A DNA stretch of 63,932 bases, the filler included, from Ionaspis alba (taxonomy: Eukaryota): NCBI GenBank assembly GCA_964255285.1. It is 5 parts of 5 records of this genome, joined end to end, with 100 filler letters (N's around TTAATTAATTAA, not from the genome) between each part and the next. Parts side by side here need not be neighbours in the genome. Positions count along the whole stretch, not along the records: positions 13,463 to 26,797 come from CAXUUL010000466.1; positions 26,898 to 40,176 come from CAXUUL010000468.1; 3 more parts are not named here. One strand, 5' to 3'. The stretch's first letter is position 1. Every line of letters begins with the position of its first letter. The notes below the pieces were generated by a model, which was given only the letters and a program-made list of their open reading frames with translations, had not been told where the DNA came from and searched no databases. Shown here in pieces: positions 23,302 through 39,626 of this stretch. The translations under genes and the position numbers were made by a program.

Positions 23302-25735
23302 ATGGTTTCTTTCAAGTTCGGCGCTGCTGCAGCGGTGGTTGCTTTGAGTGCGGGTGTTTCTGCACAGACGTTCCAGAGACTCGGAGCTTGTCCTACTCTA
23401 GGTTGTGTCTTTCCTCCAGATCAGTGAGAGAGCCTCCCCCGCACATTTGCTATTTCCGCAATTCGTAGCTGTATCGAATTACTGACCGTACTGCGCGTGC
23501 CTAGAACCGACTTCCTAGCAGGCCAATACTTTGACATCCGTCTCGAGGTCCACGCACCAGTCAATGGCTCCGAAGCCAACGGCGGCAAACCAGACACGAA
23601 ATTCAAGCTCGAGATAGCGAAAGAGGGCAAAGCCGCAGTCGATGTGGCCAAGTACTTCAAAGTTAAGGAGCCTCAATTGGAGACCTGGAACTTTACCTGG
23701 TTCGAAGATCTGTTTGCCCAGGACGCGAAGACCCCCTCCTTGGTCAATGTTGCGGCCAAAGCATACAGGAAGGTCGTCCTCTATGAGCCTGGCAATTATG
23801 TTGCTACTTTGACTTATTACAATGGCTCTAAGACTGTCGCTCATTGGCTGGTGCGTCCTCTTGCGGAGGTCAAAAAGGCCAAGAATGTCATCTTGTTCAT
23901 CGGTGACGGCATGGTTAGTCCAGGATCACTCCAGATACATGTAGTTTCACTGACGAACGGGAGACAACAAATATGATTACAGCTGCCCGATTGATCGGGC
24001 ACAAGAGTATCAATGGGAGATACCAGTCTACGTTGCAGATGGACAAGTTCCCGGTGCTTGGTCATCAGATGACGCATTCCCTGGATAGCTTCATCACCGA
24101 CAGTGCCAACTCAGCATCTGCTCTGTACTCGGTAAGGTTAAGGTCTGGAAAGTCTTTCAGATCATGGAGCTGACACAATACAGGGCCATAAATCGACAGT
24201 CAATGCCATGGGTGTCTATGCGGATTCCTCCCCTAGCCCTTTCGATGACCCCAAGGTCGAGACCATCGTTGAGATTCTCCATCGCGTCTGGGGTAGTGCT
24301 ATCGGCATTGTTTCCACTGCTTTTATTGCGGGTGAGTGCCTCCCCACCAGAAAGTATGAGGTTGTGGTTGACGTTCATTAGATGCCACGCCTATCGCGCT
24401 AACCGGCCACACTAGAGCCCGAGCTCAATACGCGAGCCTGATTGATCAACAACTCCACGGACTACGGGAGAATTACTCTGACTGGACTAACATTGGAGGA
24501 CCCGACGTAGTATTCGGTGGAGGAGCTGAACAATTCTATCCAGGGAAGACTTCTTATAAAGGTCTCGACTACTACAAGGAGTTTGCCAACTCAGGATACT
24601 CGGTCTCGCTTAATAAGACTTCCATGCTGGCGGCCCCCAACAACAAGAAAGCTTTGGGTATCTTCTCTGTTTTCAACATGCCAGTCTGGCTGGATCGCAA
24701 TGTCTACAAGAATAATCTGAAGAACCTCTCGAATTCTCCTACTGGCGACAAAACCGATGCTACTGATTTGCCCGGGCTCAAGGAGATGACGCTGAAGGCG
24801 ATTGACATCCTTCACGCTCGGGGCGGCAAGAAGGGCTTCTTTATGATGTCGGAGGCCGCCTCCGTTGACAAGCAGGCCCGTTGTTTCCTATTCACGTAGC
24901 TAATTGCTTGCTGACGGCTTGCAGATGCACGTCCTCGATTACGACCGTGCATTGGGAGACCTTCTAGAGCTCGACGACACCCTCAAAGCCACAATGCAGA
25001 AGCTGAAGGACATCGGAGAGCTCAACAACACTCTGATCATCTGCACGGCCGACCACGGGCATGGCTTCGGTAAGTAAATCCGTTCTTTTTATGTCAGAGT
25101 CTGTGTTAAATAGTCCCAGATGTCTTTGGTTCTGCAGATACCAAGTATCTCGCCGCACAGAAGACTGACCGCAAGAAACGCAACGCCATTGGAACCTACC
25201 AGAACTCCGGACTCTCACAGTACACCGTACCATCCAATAACTCTCAAATCATCATGAACAGCGGTGCAGCATTCCCGGCGACTTGGGATCCTCGCTATAC
25301 ACTCGCCGAAGGTGTGGCTGCCAATCCTGACCACCGGGAGAACTACAAGGTGCACAAGGATGGTCCACGTGTGCCTAGTACGAACCTTACGGGCGGTCTT
25401 GGTGGCTCGGACTTCTATGCCAACCCCAAGGACAACCCAGATGGTTTCTTGGTCAATGGGACATTAAGTCCGACAGCTGACCAAGGTGTGCATTCGCTGA
25501 CCGATGTGCCGGTATTTGCACAAGGGCCGTGTCAGGAGATATTTGGAGGTGAGTAACCTCGATGCATGAACTATCCCTTTCCTCGCACATCCTCAACTCG
25601 TCTCCGAGAGGCAATACTGATCTCAGCACAGGTGTATATGGAAATATTGATATATTCTTTGGTATTGCCAACTGCTTGGGCCTTGCACGTGGAGACAGCA
25701 AGCCGGGTAAGCAGCATAATGTCAACGATGACTAG
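23302..25735 (+). CDS. Secreted alkaline phosphatase, multi-exon
   Basis: Signal peptide MVSFKFGAAAAVVALSAGVSA. KNVILFIGDGM, ITDSANSASAL (catalytic Ser), DATP, MSEAASVDKQ|MHVLDY, ICTADHGHGF, GVHSLTDVPVFAQGP. Confidence 0.93.
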
Positions 25736-26502
25736 AGGACTTGAAAGAACTGGTCTGGAAGTTTTTTGGGTAATACTACGGCAACCCCCTGTTGTTGGTT
25801 GTATATTCACAAAGCATGTATATACATTAGCAATTCTAGTCAATAATATGTGTTATCTAGCATTCCATGAGAAATTGCTTAGGTACTCTGGTCCTCCATA
25901 GCAGGTTGTACGTAGGCAAAATTGCATGTAATCTATTGTTGAGACAGAACCCCAATACATGGCGGCGGCCTCCAGGTACCCAAAGCAGTCCTCGGTTTGG
26001 CAAGCCTTGGCAGCAGCACGTGCCTCGGCACCTTCGCACGCGTGGCACTAGCGTCGCGTTCGAGCCAGCCCACCAGCCCCACTGACACGTACTTCTGCTC
26101 AATGCAAAGCAACAAAGGGAATCCATACACGATATTTTCTCTCGATATTGTGCAACTTGAGTGCCTCTTTATTCTCTCTCGGTTTCTAATAAGCTTGTCG
26201 AAGCATCCAGGGAGGCGTTATTGTTGCTGTTAGAGAGTCTGTCAGCGAACGCGAGGCGGTCGCCAGCGTCATTGCACGTCAAATATCGCCATCTACCAAT
26301 CTGTCGAATATAGGCTCAAACGCACAATAAATCAAACAGAACACTCAAAGACATCATATTAGATGTCAGTCTCTGGATTGTTGTATGCACAGAGCACTGT
26401 ATCACTGGGGTCTGCTCCAAATATGAGTGTGGCGGGGAACGCGGGGCAAGAAGCTGGTGGTGAGTAGCATCGAGGCACCATGCGCCTGTCCGTCAGAAAC
26501 CT

Positions 26503-26797
26503 ATGCTAATGGCTAAAGACATTATGCCCACTCGCGAGATCTCGGATGCGATACCTGCGTCTGTCTTAGGTCCACAATCGATCAATAACTCTCAGTCATC
26601 CTCATTGAATGAATCTATTGCGAGCCAACCATCACTACCTGATCCAATTTCGAATAATACCTCGCAGTCTTCTATCGAAGACCAGCTGCTGCGTCGAAAT
26701 GTCCCTCGGTCCTCTCTGGACCCTCTTCCGTTTCGGAGTTCGTCACCAGATTTTCACAATGAGAGTCAGATCGTGGTGGAACCGAGTCCTATTAGAG
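26503..26797 (+). CDS. 5' part of an unknown S/P-rich protein, truncated at the scaffold end
   Basis: ATG-initiated open frame running into the spacer. No recognisable domain. Confidence 0.35.
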
Positions 26798-26897
26798 NNN
26801 NNNNNNNNNNNNNNNNNNNNNNNNNNNNNNNNNNNNNNNNNTTAATTAATTAANNNNNNNNNNNNNNNNNNNNNNNNNNNNNNNNNNNNNNNNNNNN
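26798..26897. other. Artificial contig-joining spacer N44-TTAATTAATTAA-N44
   Basis: Linker at 26842-26853. Confidence 0.98.
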
Positions 26898-29797
26898 CGT
26901 CGTTCATTGAGAAAAATTCCCTTTGCAGTTGTCAGGTCATTGTCTCGAAAACATCTGCGAGACTCACCTTAGCTCTTTCTGTTCCTCTAGTTGAGCCGTG
27001 TTCGCCATGCACCTGTAGACATCTGTAATATTCTGTGCTGCGACGTTGTCTGAAGAACACATCGATTCCAATGCGAGCATGTAGAACCTCAAGTCTAGTT
27101 TGTGTCCGACACCTAAATCTTTAAGAAACCGCCAATGTCGGTAGTTCGTTCTGTCAAGAGTCACAGGCAACTTGAGAATCGGAAACTCCCTCTCCACGCC
27201 GAGCTCTTTAACTTTCATTTTGATCTCAATGGACGGTAAATACGTAGATTTGAGTTGACATTCTGCATTGGACTCGCACAGAACTCGACATTTTCCCAAC
27301 TTTGAGGCTATCCAAGGCAGCTCCGATATAATGGATTCGTACTCGGTGTTCCAGTGCGCTTGTAATAATCCCACAAATTTCTCACAGCTTCGTTCAAGGA
27401 TGGCGAGCATAGTTGGTGATAGCTGGGACGCTGAGAGGTCTTCAACCAGTGGAGGGAAGTACCGAGCCCCTGTAGCCCTTTGGAGCCATTCTGGCCAGAA
27501 TAGATTTCGACAATTTGCGTGCGGCGATTCGGATTCGACAAGCTCTCTCCGAACGAATGCAACAGGACCATCCTTCTTGGTTTCACAACCACTGCCCAAA
27601 AGCTGCTGGGTGTCATACTCCTCATCTGATAGAAAGTACAATTGCTTAGAAGCTTTCCGCAGATATCCTGCTTCAGTGGGTACAAGAAGCCAATGCTTCA
27701 GCAAATCCGGGCTCGTGTGAAAATGCCAAAGGTACTTGAAGTGTGACGTCGGAACAAACGAGTGCCGGGAAATCTCGGTCAATGTTTGGTGTCGACAAAA
27801 GATCAATGTAATTACTTTCTCTTTAGGGCAATTCTGTACGCCCAATTCTCTGAACAAATTTGCACGCTGTAGACAAGATGCTGCTCCAGCTTCAACTAAG
27901 CGCAAGGAAGGTAGACCTTGCGGAATGGGGACGCCAGCTGTACTCGGAAAATAGATTGGACCGAGATCTTCAGTCGTTGGCGCCTGTGACACAGTCCATT
28001 GACCACTCAGCAATGGAATAATAGCCATCTGTTTGATCCTTTGCTGATGTTGTTTGATGTGAGGATGTTCGAAGATTGTCAGTAGCAGAGCTGCGCAGGA
28101 TCCATGCCATTCATCATTCGGTGCGAGCGATCGCATCTTCGAATAGGAGCTCATCAGATCTGCATGTAGTCTCTCCAGTATATCAGACATACTGATAATT
28201 CTGACACCAATTTCTTTTAGAACGTTGCGTTGACCGTATTCAGGAGCAAGATACTGCTCGTTAGGCAGATCATCGAAGATAGGCGCGTCGTGGTGCAAAT
28301 TGCGCTGCGCTACAATTTTGAGTTCCGAAGGACGTTTGAAAATTCTCCCCTTCCACGTTTGTAAGATAGGCTTGTCCTTCAAAAGCTCTCGAACCTTGGC
28401 ATAAAGAGGCTTCCAAAGATGTTCCATAGGCCTATTGGGCACGAATTCCAACCATAAATATCGCAAAGGGTGGTCTTTACTTGCAAATTTGGCGATAGCA
28501 TTCGTAAAAGCCTGGGCAACTCCATCACGTATGGCATTATTCCAGGCGCATTCCACAACACTCTCGCGACTTGCTGAAGTGATGAAATCGGATTGAATGA
28601 GGAACTGTAAAGCTTAGTCAGCTGTTTTTACAACCCTCTCGCTGCTTCATCACTAACATCTAATTGGGGTAGCCTCTGTACAGGGAGATACGCGAAGACA
28701 TGTTGACCAGATGATGAAAGCTCAGGCTTCTTGGTGCGGGCATTGACCGGGAACGCCAGCTGCACGAGGGCAGTATGCCGGCCTCGACGACGCTCATCTT
28801 CAGGCATGTCTTCAACCATGTGAGTGAGAACATGATACTCACTACAGTTAGTCAGAGAAGAAAGCCTTTCGGAGCCTTGAAAGAACTCAGTTTTGTGAGA
28901 TAAGTAGACCATTTCAAGGGTGGAATCCCTAGTTTTCCGGATTATGGTGTTTTCAGTCACCCCTATGGGTCGTTCAACCCGGATGGTAAGATTCTCAAGC
29001 TTCTGGAGGAAGAATATCACAGTATCTGGAAGATCTTCGACGGCATCGACAAGTTCCTTGTGGGCAGCATATCCATTGTCTGAGAGCGTCAAGATTATTC
29101 TTGTGGCTATATCTTTAGGCAACGGCGTTGGTGGTACGTCCAAAGGAGTAACCATTCCCAGACCATTTTGACCTCGACTATGTTCGAAACAGAACGACCA
29201 GACACCTGATTGAATGTGGACTTTTTTGGCAACGGCGAAGACTGATTTGAAACCGAACCCCTTCTCGCCGATATGGTCATCAAGCTGAGAGATCTTTTTT
29301 GAGCTCTTGCCAGTTGCGCAGATTGCATTAACATTAGCTCGCGTAAAGCCGTCTTCATTCGATTCAATGATGAAGCAAGACGGAGTGATGCTGAAGGTCA
29401 GTGATGGTTTTGTCCCGATTCTATCAGCTTTGTTATATATTGAGTCGTCTGCGTTCTGGATCAATTCGTAGAGAAAGCGATATTTTGAGGAATAGAGCTG
29501 TTCAGCTATGCTGTGAACATTTAGTATATAATCTTGTACGGAAACAGAACCAGATAAATACCTCGTTGTATACGCGGCTACTGTCTCTTGGAACGAATCC
29601 ACAATTCCACGAATGTGCTCTTTACTGCTTTCACGCATCCTGCTTATGTCTTGCAATGTTTCTTCGTCTAGATAGCCTTTTGAAGCTCTGATATCCTCAA
29701 GCACTGCTCGTGCCTCGAACTCGGTCGAAGGCTCTCGCTCTCCAAGTTTTTCGAGCACATCTTTATGCTTGAAAACAAGTGGATTGATGTTCTTCAT
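26898..29797 (-). CDS. Sacsin/NO VEIN-like GHKL (HATPase_c) protein, 3' truncated
   Basis: Bergerat-fold motifs RFLYELIQNADD, ESNEDGFTRANVNAICATGKSSK and IGEKGFGFKSVF. Downstream VFAYLPV and FLIQSDFITSASRESV are typical of the family. Introns near 29510-29560, 28607-28658 and below 26967. The gene runs off the scaffold. Confidence 0.88.
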
Positions 29798-31724
29798 ATT
29801 GGCTGAATACTGCGGGCAGATCAGCTGGGATAATAAACATGCGAATCCCTTAGAAACCCTGAGGTGGTGGGCGACAGCAAGGCAGATGTTCCCGCGATTA
29901 GTTGTATTCGCACCAGCGCCGGATACAAGATCCAAAAGATGGCGTTCTGGGCTGGCAGTCTTGAGGGGGAAAGTATAGAAACAGTCACTACGATCGATTC
30001 AGAAACGGAAAACAGAGGAATAACGAGACTGATAAAAGCTAGATGATAGCAGCATATCTGCGAGCCACGCAGGCGCCCTTCTATTGATATCAAGCCCTCG
30101 TTCATTTCGGTGATACAGGACATGTTTCAATCAATGGGATTTTCGGCACAGCAAAAACGGGACGCACTCATTCAGTGCATTTGTTTGTCAGAATACCTGT
30201 ATTGACTGACTACGAGTGGCCAGTCACACGCATAAAGTTGGTTAATCTTAGCCCTTCTGCACTTTGCCGCATCTGTGGTCATTTCCGGAACATATGGGAC
30301 CATCGCGGTGGGTCGGCGCTTATATACGCGAATTTGAGCGGCAAACCAGGGGGCCTCTCGACTTATCAATGCTGAAGCTCTGGATGTTGCACCCTGATGG
30401 TTTCACTCGTGGGACGTCAACGCTGCGAGCCAGTCCGACCTGACCAGTATCCGCCCGCCCATTGTTGGCATACAAGCATTCTACGAAACTGTTACAATGC
30501 AGGCAACTACACCACCACCAACACGAAACAGGTGTTTCTATTCGTCGTACATTCTTGCGACCAAAGTGGCGGCTCGATGGATAGACATTGTACACTCCAC
30601 TGGATACAATCTGTGGGCGTTTGTTTTCCATTTGTACCAAGGCCTGGCTGATCTGCAGCACTGTACTGGCCAGGACCTTTTACTGAATGTAAAGGCATCG
30701 AGATCTTGCACATTGCCTTGAATACGCGGCTCGTCTACAACGCGACCGCCTCCGTGGGCTGGTTTGTCCTTGTGCAAGAGCTTGGTTCGGTCAATATATA
30801 TTGGTTCCCAATGCCGAAGATGAAGGCGTCGGAACTCGAGATACAAGCAAATCTAATACCCGAAATGAGTAAAGTAATTAGCCGTACTGTATGTTCCGGC
30901 GATGTTTGTGTAATAGTGCTGAGCCGCGTGCTTTTCGAATAAAGAACGCTCATATACCATAATATTAGGTCCGTCGGAACTAGGATAGCTTTTCGAGTTC
31001 ATTGCGTTGCTGATTCATAGGCATGGTAAGAACAAGATTCCTTCCCCGGTCTCCAAAGCATTGTCCTCTTCGAGTTAAATGATGCCATACATAGATATCT
31101 TGTCGACTTAGGAATGTAAGCGCTTTGACAGGTCAACTGCGTGCGGGGTATAACACAGGTGAAAGATGTCAGAGATGGAGTATGCTCTAGGAACGCGAAG
31201 AGGGCCTATCTTGAAGTGGAGGATTGTGGCTTCTGATAGGCGTGACAATGATGGTTCCAGACGCTGTGAAAGAAAGTAAGAGCGCAACGATATGCGTGCT
31301 ATGAAATAATTTCGGGGATTCCACCCAAGGCGTAACGTTCATACTTGCAAGACAAGTGACGGGAAATAATCTCTCACGCACGAGCGGAACGGAAACCAGT
31401 AGCAGTCATAGCAGGTCTTAAAATGAGTAAGAATACAGCCTCGGTGCTGTGAAGACCATCTGCAGAGTGTAAAATCCTTCTGTACAATAAAAATGGATGA
31501 ACAACAATGCATACCAACGCCAGATCCCATCGCCATGCCAATGCCGTTCCTCGACTTGCGAGTATGATTCCGGCGAAATGCTTATCCAACCATATGCATA
31601 AACTCCCTCAAAGATGGAATCTTTCTGTCGGCTAATGTGCCTCCCATGCAAATGTGATATGATGAACGAATACCCTCCGGAAATGCACAAAGGAGCAAAG
31701 CAAGCAAGGTATAGACAAGAAGGC

Positions 31725-33282
31725 TCAAAGTATCATCCATGTAGTTGTTCCAACACCAAGACCGGCGAAAAGCACTGTCAGGATCCAAGCGCCCACCTGG
31801 TCACCTTTCGAGATATCAGACATCTTGAGGAATCCGCCGTCGGGAGTGGTTCCACTAGCGCCAGCCCCTGGATCTCCTTTACTAGTGCCACCGGTCGAGT
31901 TTGTGACTGGAACAGCGGCTTTCGTGATGAGATTCGACTGAATGACTTCCAAAGCACACATCTGCTGACCGACACCGGAGGAGCCGTCCCAGACTCCGTT
32001 GGTAGTCCACTTGGTGCCACAAGTCACGCCGTCGGATCCACCGTTGCATTGTGCAGCGGCAGCCTGAGCGGAAGTGCGGAGCTTTTTGATGACACGATCG
32101 TAGGTGAAAGGAGCCATCTTGGTCGTGGCGGCCATCCAGCGGGAGAGGTAGGCCTTGAAGGACAGTTGGTCGGTATTACAGTTCCCGCCTGGCTCGCAGG
32201 CATATTCGTACATGACATCGGTTCCGTTGTTGAAGAAGACCTCTGTGCCGTTGAGGAGGCCCTCGACCCGAATTCGCCATTTTTCAGCACCATCGGTCTA
32301 CTCTGGGTCAGTGAAAGCACACTCGGAGAGGGGGAAATGGAACACACAAAGTTATACATTGTTGCAGCACCCAGCAAGTGAACGCCAGCATTGTAACTCC
32401 ACTGAACACGATTCTGGTCGGAACAATTCTTCTCGATCCCAGTACCATCAAAAACTTCGTACTTAGAACTGAGCAGACCAACACCAGTGGACCAATCCCA
32501 AGATTTGTCGGCCCAGTCGGCGTACGTCTGATTGCCGGTATATTTGGCCAGACGGGCGGCCAGATTGAAGAAGACACCATTCGAAATAGCATTCTTGTAG
32601 TTGTACCCGGCATTGAAGGTGAAGATCTGCCAGCGAAGACCGCCGTTACAAGATGTAGTATCCCAGCGAGCAGCTTGAGAGTTGAAGACACCCTGTACGA
32701 GGGCAAGCCATTGTGGCTGATCACTCGGAGGGTTGGGGTAATTCTGCTCAGCGGCGCTCATGGCTGACATGGCCCAAAATCCTTGATCATCATTTCCGAG
32801 CGTTCTGGTCTGATTAGGCGGCATGTAGTTCTTGTCAGGACCGACTTGAGCAAGTAGCGCTTGTGTGATGATATCGTTGTACGACGAGTCTCCAGTGTAG
32901 TAGGCGTAATCCAGCATAGAACCAAACATAGCTCCACACTCCCACCAGAAGTAGGGATCTGGTAAATTCCCGGGCGTTCCTCCAACTTGGTTTCCCGTGT
33001 AGTATTTCATCATTCCTTTCGCAACTGTCGCAGCAGCCTTTTTGATGGTATCTGTACAGAATAGAAGTCAGAGAATCAAATTGTGAACTTGTGGGAGCAA
33101 GAGCGCAATACAATCTGGGGGATGTCTAGGGAATATAGCACGTAGGGAGGATGTTCCTTACCTGGATCGTCGACATTGAGCTGGATTCCTGCTACGCATG
33201 TACTCCATGCGAGCAACGATATAGCTGTACTACCCCATAACGATAGTGGTCTGGATTTTGTGGAATTTGGAAAGAATCTCAT
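31725..33282 (-). CDS. DCW1: GH76 mannan endo-1,6-alpha-mannosidase, GPI-anchored (Dcw1/Dfg5 family)
   Basis: Signal peptide. [12 protein letters not shown], catalytic [42 protein letters not shown]. Hydrophobic GPI tail [22 protein letters not shown]. Confidence 0.94.
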
Positions 33283-34586
33283 AGTGATTGGCGTCGGCAC
33301 CTAGCGTGGGGGGCCAGCGGCAGCAAGGCGGCGATCGAAGTTCTCCCACTTCGAATCTTCCTCAACAACAACACCGACAGCCTTCGAAAGCTGCGCTTCT
33401 CCCTATAATGACTTTATAGTGTTGGTTCCCGTTCCTAAATGATGAGACTCCTCTTCGAATCTCTCGTGCAGGATCGAGCGAGTGAGAAGTTCGGCTTGCG
33501 ACGACGAGAGGTCGGACTGAATCTGGACTGAAAGAGCGGATTCGAGAAAGGGAGCAGAGGTGACGAGAGTGAGGTGGAAAGGAGGATGTCCAAGAATGAA
33601 ACTTGTATAAGCAAAGAACGAGAGAATACCGGATGGGATTGCGTGTCCGAGTCAGATAATATTGCCTGTGCCAAGTTGCCGACTGTTATTGCCAATGCTT
33701 GGGTCGTGAGGGTAGACGCTTCCTCCGTGTCAAGGGGAAACAAAGCGAAAGTTGAGATGAGGCTATTCTATTGTCTATGACACTCGAGAGATGTTTGAGA
33801 GTTGTTCGTGGAGGAATACATCTGCTACCAGCTATTGAAGGCACCAGAATCCAAGGCATGATTTTACGCCAAAGCCTCCGCGTACCCATAGACAGTGAGA
33901 CCAAGCATGAAGTCTTGCTGGCGCAGCATACGTCTCATGTCAGCAAATCCTACTCAACTAGACCCTTTGCACACACATCGGAGTCCGAATGCCGCTATAG
34001 AATTGGTCATACTTTCAAGCAGCTGAGCATGTTTTTTCATCATGATCCGGATTACAAGCCGAGTTCTAAGCATAGAAGGGGAAAATTGCCACGAGGAGTG
34101 GTACGAGTCTTCTTGCCTCAGCCACGAATCGGCACGGCGCTAGATACCCAAAACAGGCATTTCTGGCGTTCGAAATGCCTATGATATGTTAGGAGTCTTT
34201 ATACGGTACAGGCCGTGATGGTATTTCGCTGTACAACAAAGAAAGGCCTTCAATGAGCTATATATCATAATAATCATATGAAAGAAATGATTCCTTGCCC
34301 TGTGTTTGTCTCTGTTCCTCTATTTCGTAGCTCCCGAGCAAATGAGAGGGTCTTGGCAGCGCTTGAGTCTGTCTCCCCCGGGCGTTCTTAGGGAAGTCGC
34401 CGTAGTGAATGATCCGCGATCTGACACTTCTTCTTTACCAACCTCCGTTTCGACCTCTCACGCCTGCCTCTTCAACTCATATCTTCTATGAGCCGACCCT
34501 CCGAACATCGCAATCACCTTTCGTACATATCGCAAGCTCATCAGCATCCTTCCGCTCACTCCCAACGAGTTCCACAATTTGCAGAA

Positions 34587-35288
34587 ATGGCCGACCGTGA
34601 ACAGCCGTACGATCCTTACATCCCTTCAGGTCAATCCGCACCGGCTGCACATGCCACACAGAATGGAGGCAATCAAAGAACTGCGGCGCTTCAAGCGGTA
34701 TGTCCCTCTGTTCCTTGTGATATTGCGACAAGTGAAATATCGATTCTGGACGGTCCTGCACGTTTTCTTGTGGTGGAACGTGCCTGGCAATCCGCAATCC
34801 TGTGCCAGCAGAACCTCGACGGCTTCAATGGCTTCGGCGAATAATGGCTGGGGTATCAACTGGCGATCAACAAATCTAAGGCGTCGACTCGTCGGACCAG
34901 GATAGTCATCATACCATCAGATTGTTTTGGCATGTTAATCATTGATTGTCCATTCGAATGCTGATTTGACGTTCTCCTTAGCAAATCGACGACACAGTTG
35001 GCGTTATGCGTGAGAACATCAACAAGGTCTCACAGCGTGGCGAACGTCTCGACTCCCTGCAAGACAAGACCGACAATCTAGCTACTTCGGCACAAGGCTT
35101 CAGGCGCGGCGCAAATCGGGTTCGCAAGCAGATGTGGTGGAAGGATATGAAGATGAGGATTTGCATCATCGTGGGCATCATCATCTTGCTGCTCATCATC
35201 ATCATCCCCAGCGGTAAGCTAGAAGACGATCGCAATCAATACAACCAGGCGCTAAAGTTGTTATCAAGTTGTTGCTACTCGACACTAA
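34587..35288 (+). CDS. SNC1: Synaptobrevin-type v-SNARE (Snc1/Snc2)
   Basis: [55 protein letters not shown] plus a TM helix. Introns 34698-34981 and ~35213-35268. Confidence 0.97.
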
Positions 35289-36110
35289 GCACCCGACTTG
35301 TGAGTCTTATGCACAATACACCAGGCTTGTGGAGGTACTATTGCTCGGTCTGGTATCTCAAAGCAAATGGTCTCGAGACGCTTCCTTCTAGCCGTCATCT
35401 CGTCCTTTTTCGGCATCCCGTAAGTCTAGAGTCGAATTTGACTTGAGGGAATTTTCTTTTTTAGTATCGATGAGTTCGCGAAGCATGTTCGGTCTACGGA
35501 TCGTTTGGAATGGGGAGTTGGCTGAGTTCCTGTTGATGTCGTCTCTTCTCTTCAAGCCTGTATCTTTGTTCACGAAGAGCTTGACCGTGCTGGATATCGA
35601 GGCTGGCAGCGGGTGATGGAGAACGATTGTACATTAGCTCGCATGGTCTCCGCGACGAGCACCTAATGAAATGAACCGACTACATCTACTTTCACTTGAA
35701 GTGTTTTTCCGCCTCTATCTGAAACCTTTCTGGTGTTGCTTGTATCTACAAAGGACATTCATTGTAGGCGGTAAAGGCATGAATGTTGGTGGAAAACCCC
35801 CAGCGACTTCGGAGATCCTCAGAAACATTAGGCTCGAAAAAAAGCTTTGCAGTCCTCTCAAGACTTGAACAACATTGATGCTACTTGCATTATGGACTGG
35901 AACCGAATGAAGAATGGAAAACGCATGTGAGCGAGAAAATTTTGCCCTGCAGGGTGACGCCAAGTGTTTTTTGATAGACATAAGGCTGAAATTCGGAGGG
36001 GTCTCTGCTCTGATTTTGGAGCGATTGCGGAACTACATATCTTTCTTTCCCCCAGAGCTTCAAAAGTCGTTGCCCGCCTCCACATCGTCTTTCTCTCCAC
36101 CACCATCAAT

Positions 36111-36116
36111 TGACTC
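36111..36116 (+). promoter_or_regulatory. Possible Gcn4/CPC-1 site TGACTC
   Basis: TGACTC about 220 nt upstream of the arginine-biosynthesis gene ARG5,6. A single short motif. Confidence 0.3.
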
Positions 36117-36307
36117 GACACAAGCTCAGCCAGGAAGACATTCTGCAGAACTGTCCCCGCATCACTCATTTAATCCTACCAATCACTGTTTATCTACACC
36201 GGCATCCAACAACAAGGAGCTCCTCCACCCCTCCCGTGATCACCTCGTTCTTCACCTGCTTCTTGATAACTCTTTAGCTTCTATAGCTCTCTGAAGTTCT
36301 GCTATAA

Positions 36308-39103
<2,796 letters not shown>

Positions 39104-39626
39104 GTTGGGAGGTTGGGGAAAAGTGTATTTTCATGGTCTCTAAGGCTCAATGGGAAGAATTCATCTGTTTGTATATATCCCGTTTGTTTAGAGCTTGTAG
39201 ATGGGAGATCTATAGCTTCTGATAAAGAGCCACTTTCACTGTTACGCTCTCCGTCGCCGACGAAGATCTTTCTATCCGACGTGCTGGGGAGTGTCTCATT
39301 GACATTAGCTCCGGCGAGAACTACGACGAAACAACCTGATGTGACAGCAACTTGATATTGGAGGAGGAATGCTTCAGGAGTATTCAAGAATCTCCCCGCT
39401 TCTGGCTTTGACTGATATGTACAGCCAGTTCGGATTGTCTATCTGATCGGATTTGAGGTCGGACCGTGTGATATTGAACCAACTTTCCACTTGACTGTGC
39501 TCTATTTAGTCTCTCAAGAATCAGTGTACTCTAATCCTTTCCTTTTCTTTGCCTCCATATCACTAAATGCTAGAAAGCCATTCGCTGTTCTCCACTTGAC
39601 ACCCATTTGCTCTTCCACCTGATGAT

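Noticed and set aside
13463..25735. Zn2Cys6 TF + P450 + thiolase + phosphatase as a secondary-metabolite cluster
   Set aside because: The P450 is housekeeping ERG5, the thiolase is the PTS2 beta-oxidation enzyme, and there is no backbone synthase. Each gene has its own distinct promoter motif.
30000..31700. Short ORFs upstream of the sacsin-like gene as a partner gene or transposon relic
   Set aside because: No motifs, terminal repeats or RIP-like AT enrichment could be supported by eye.
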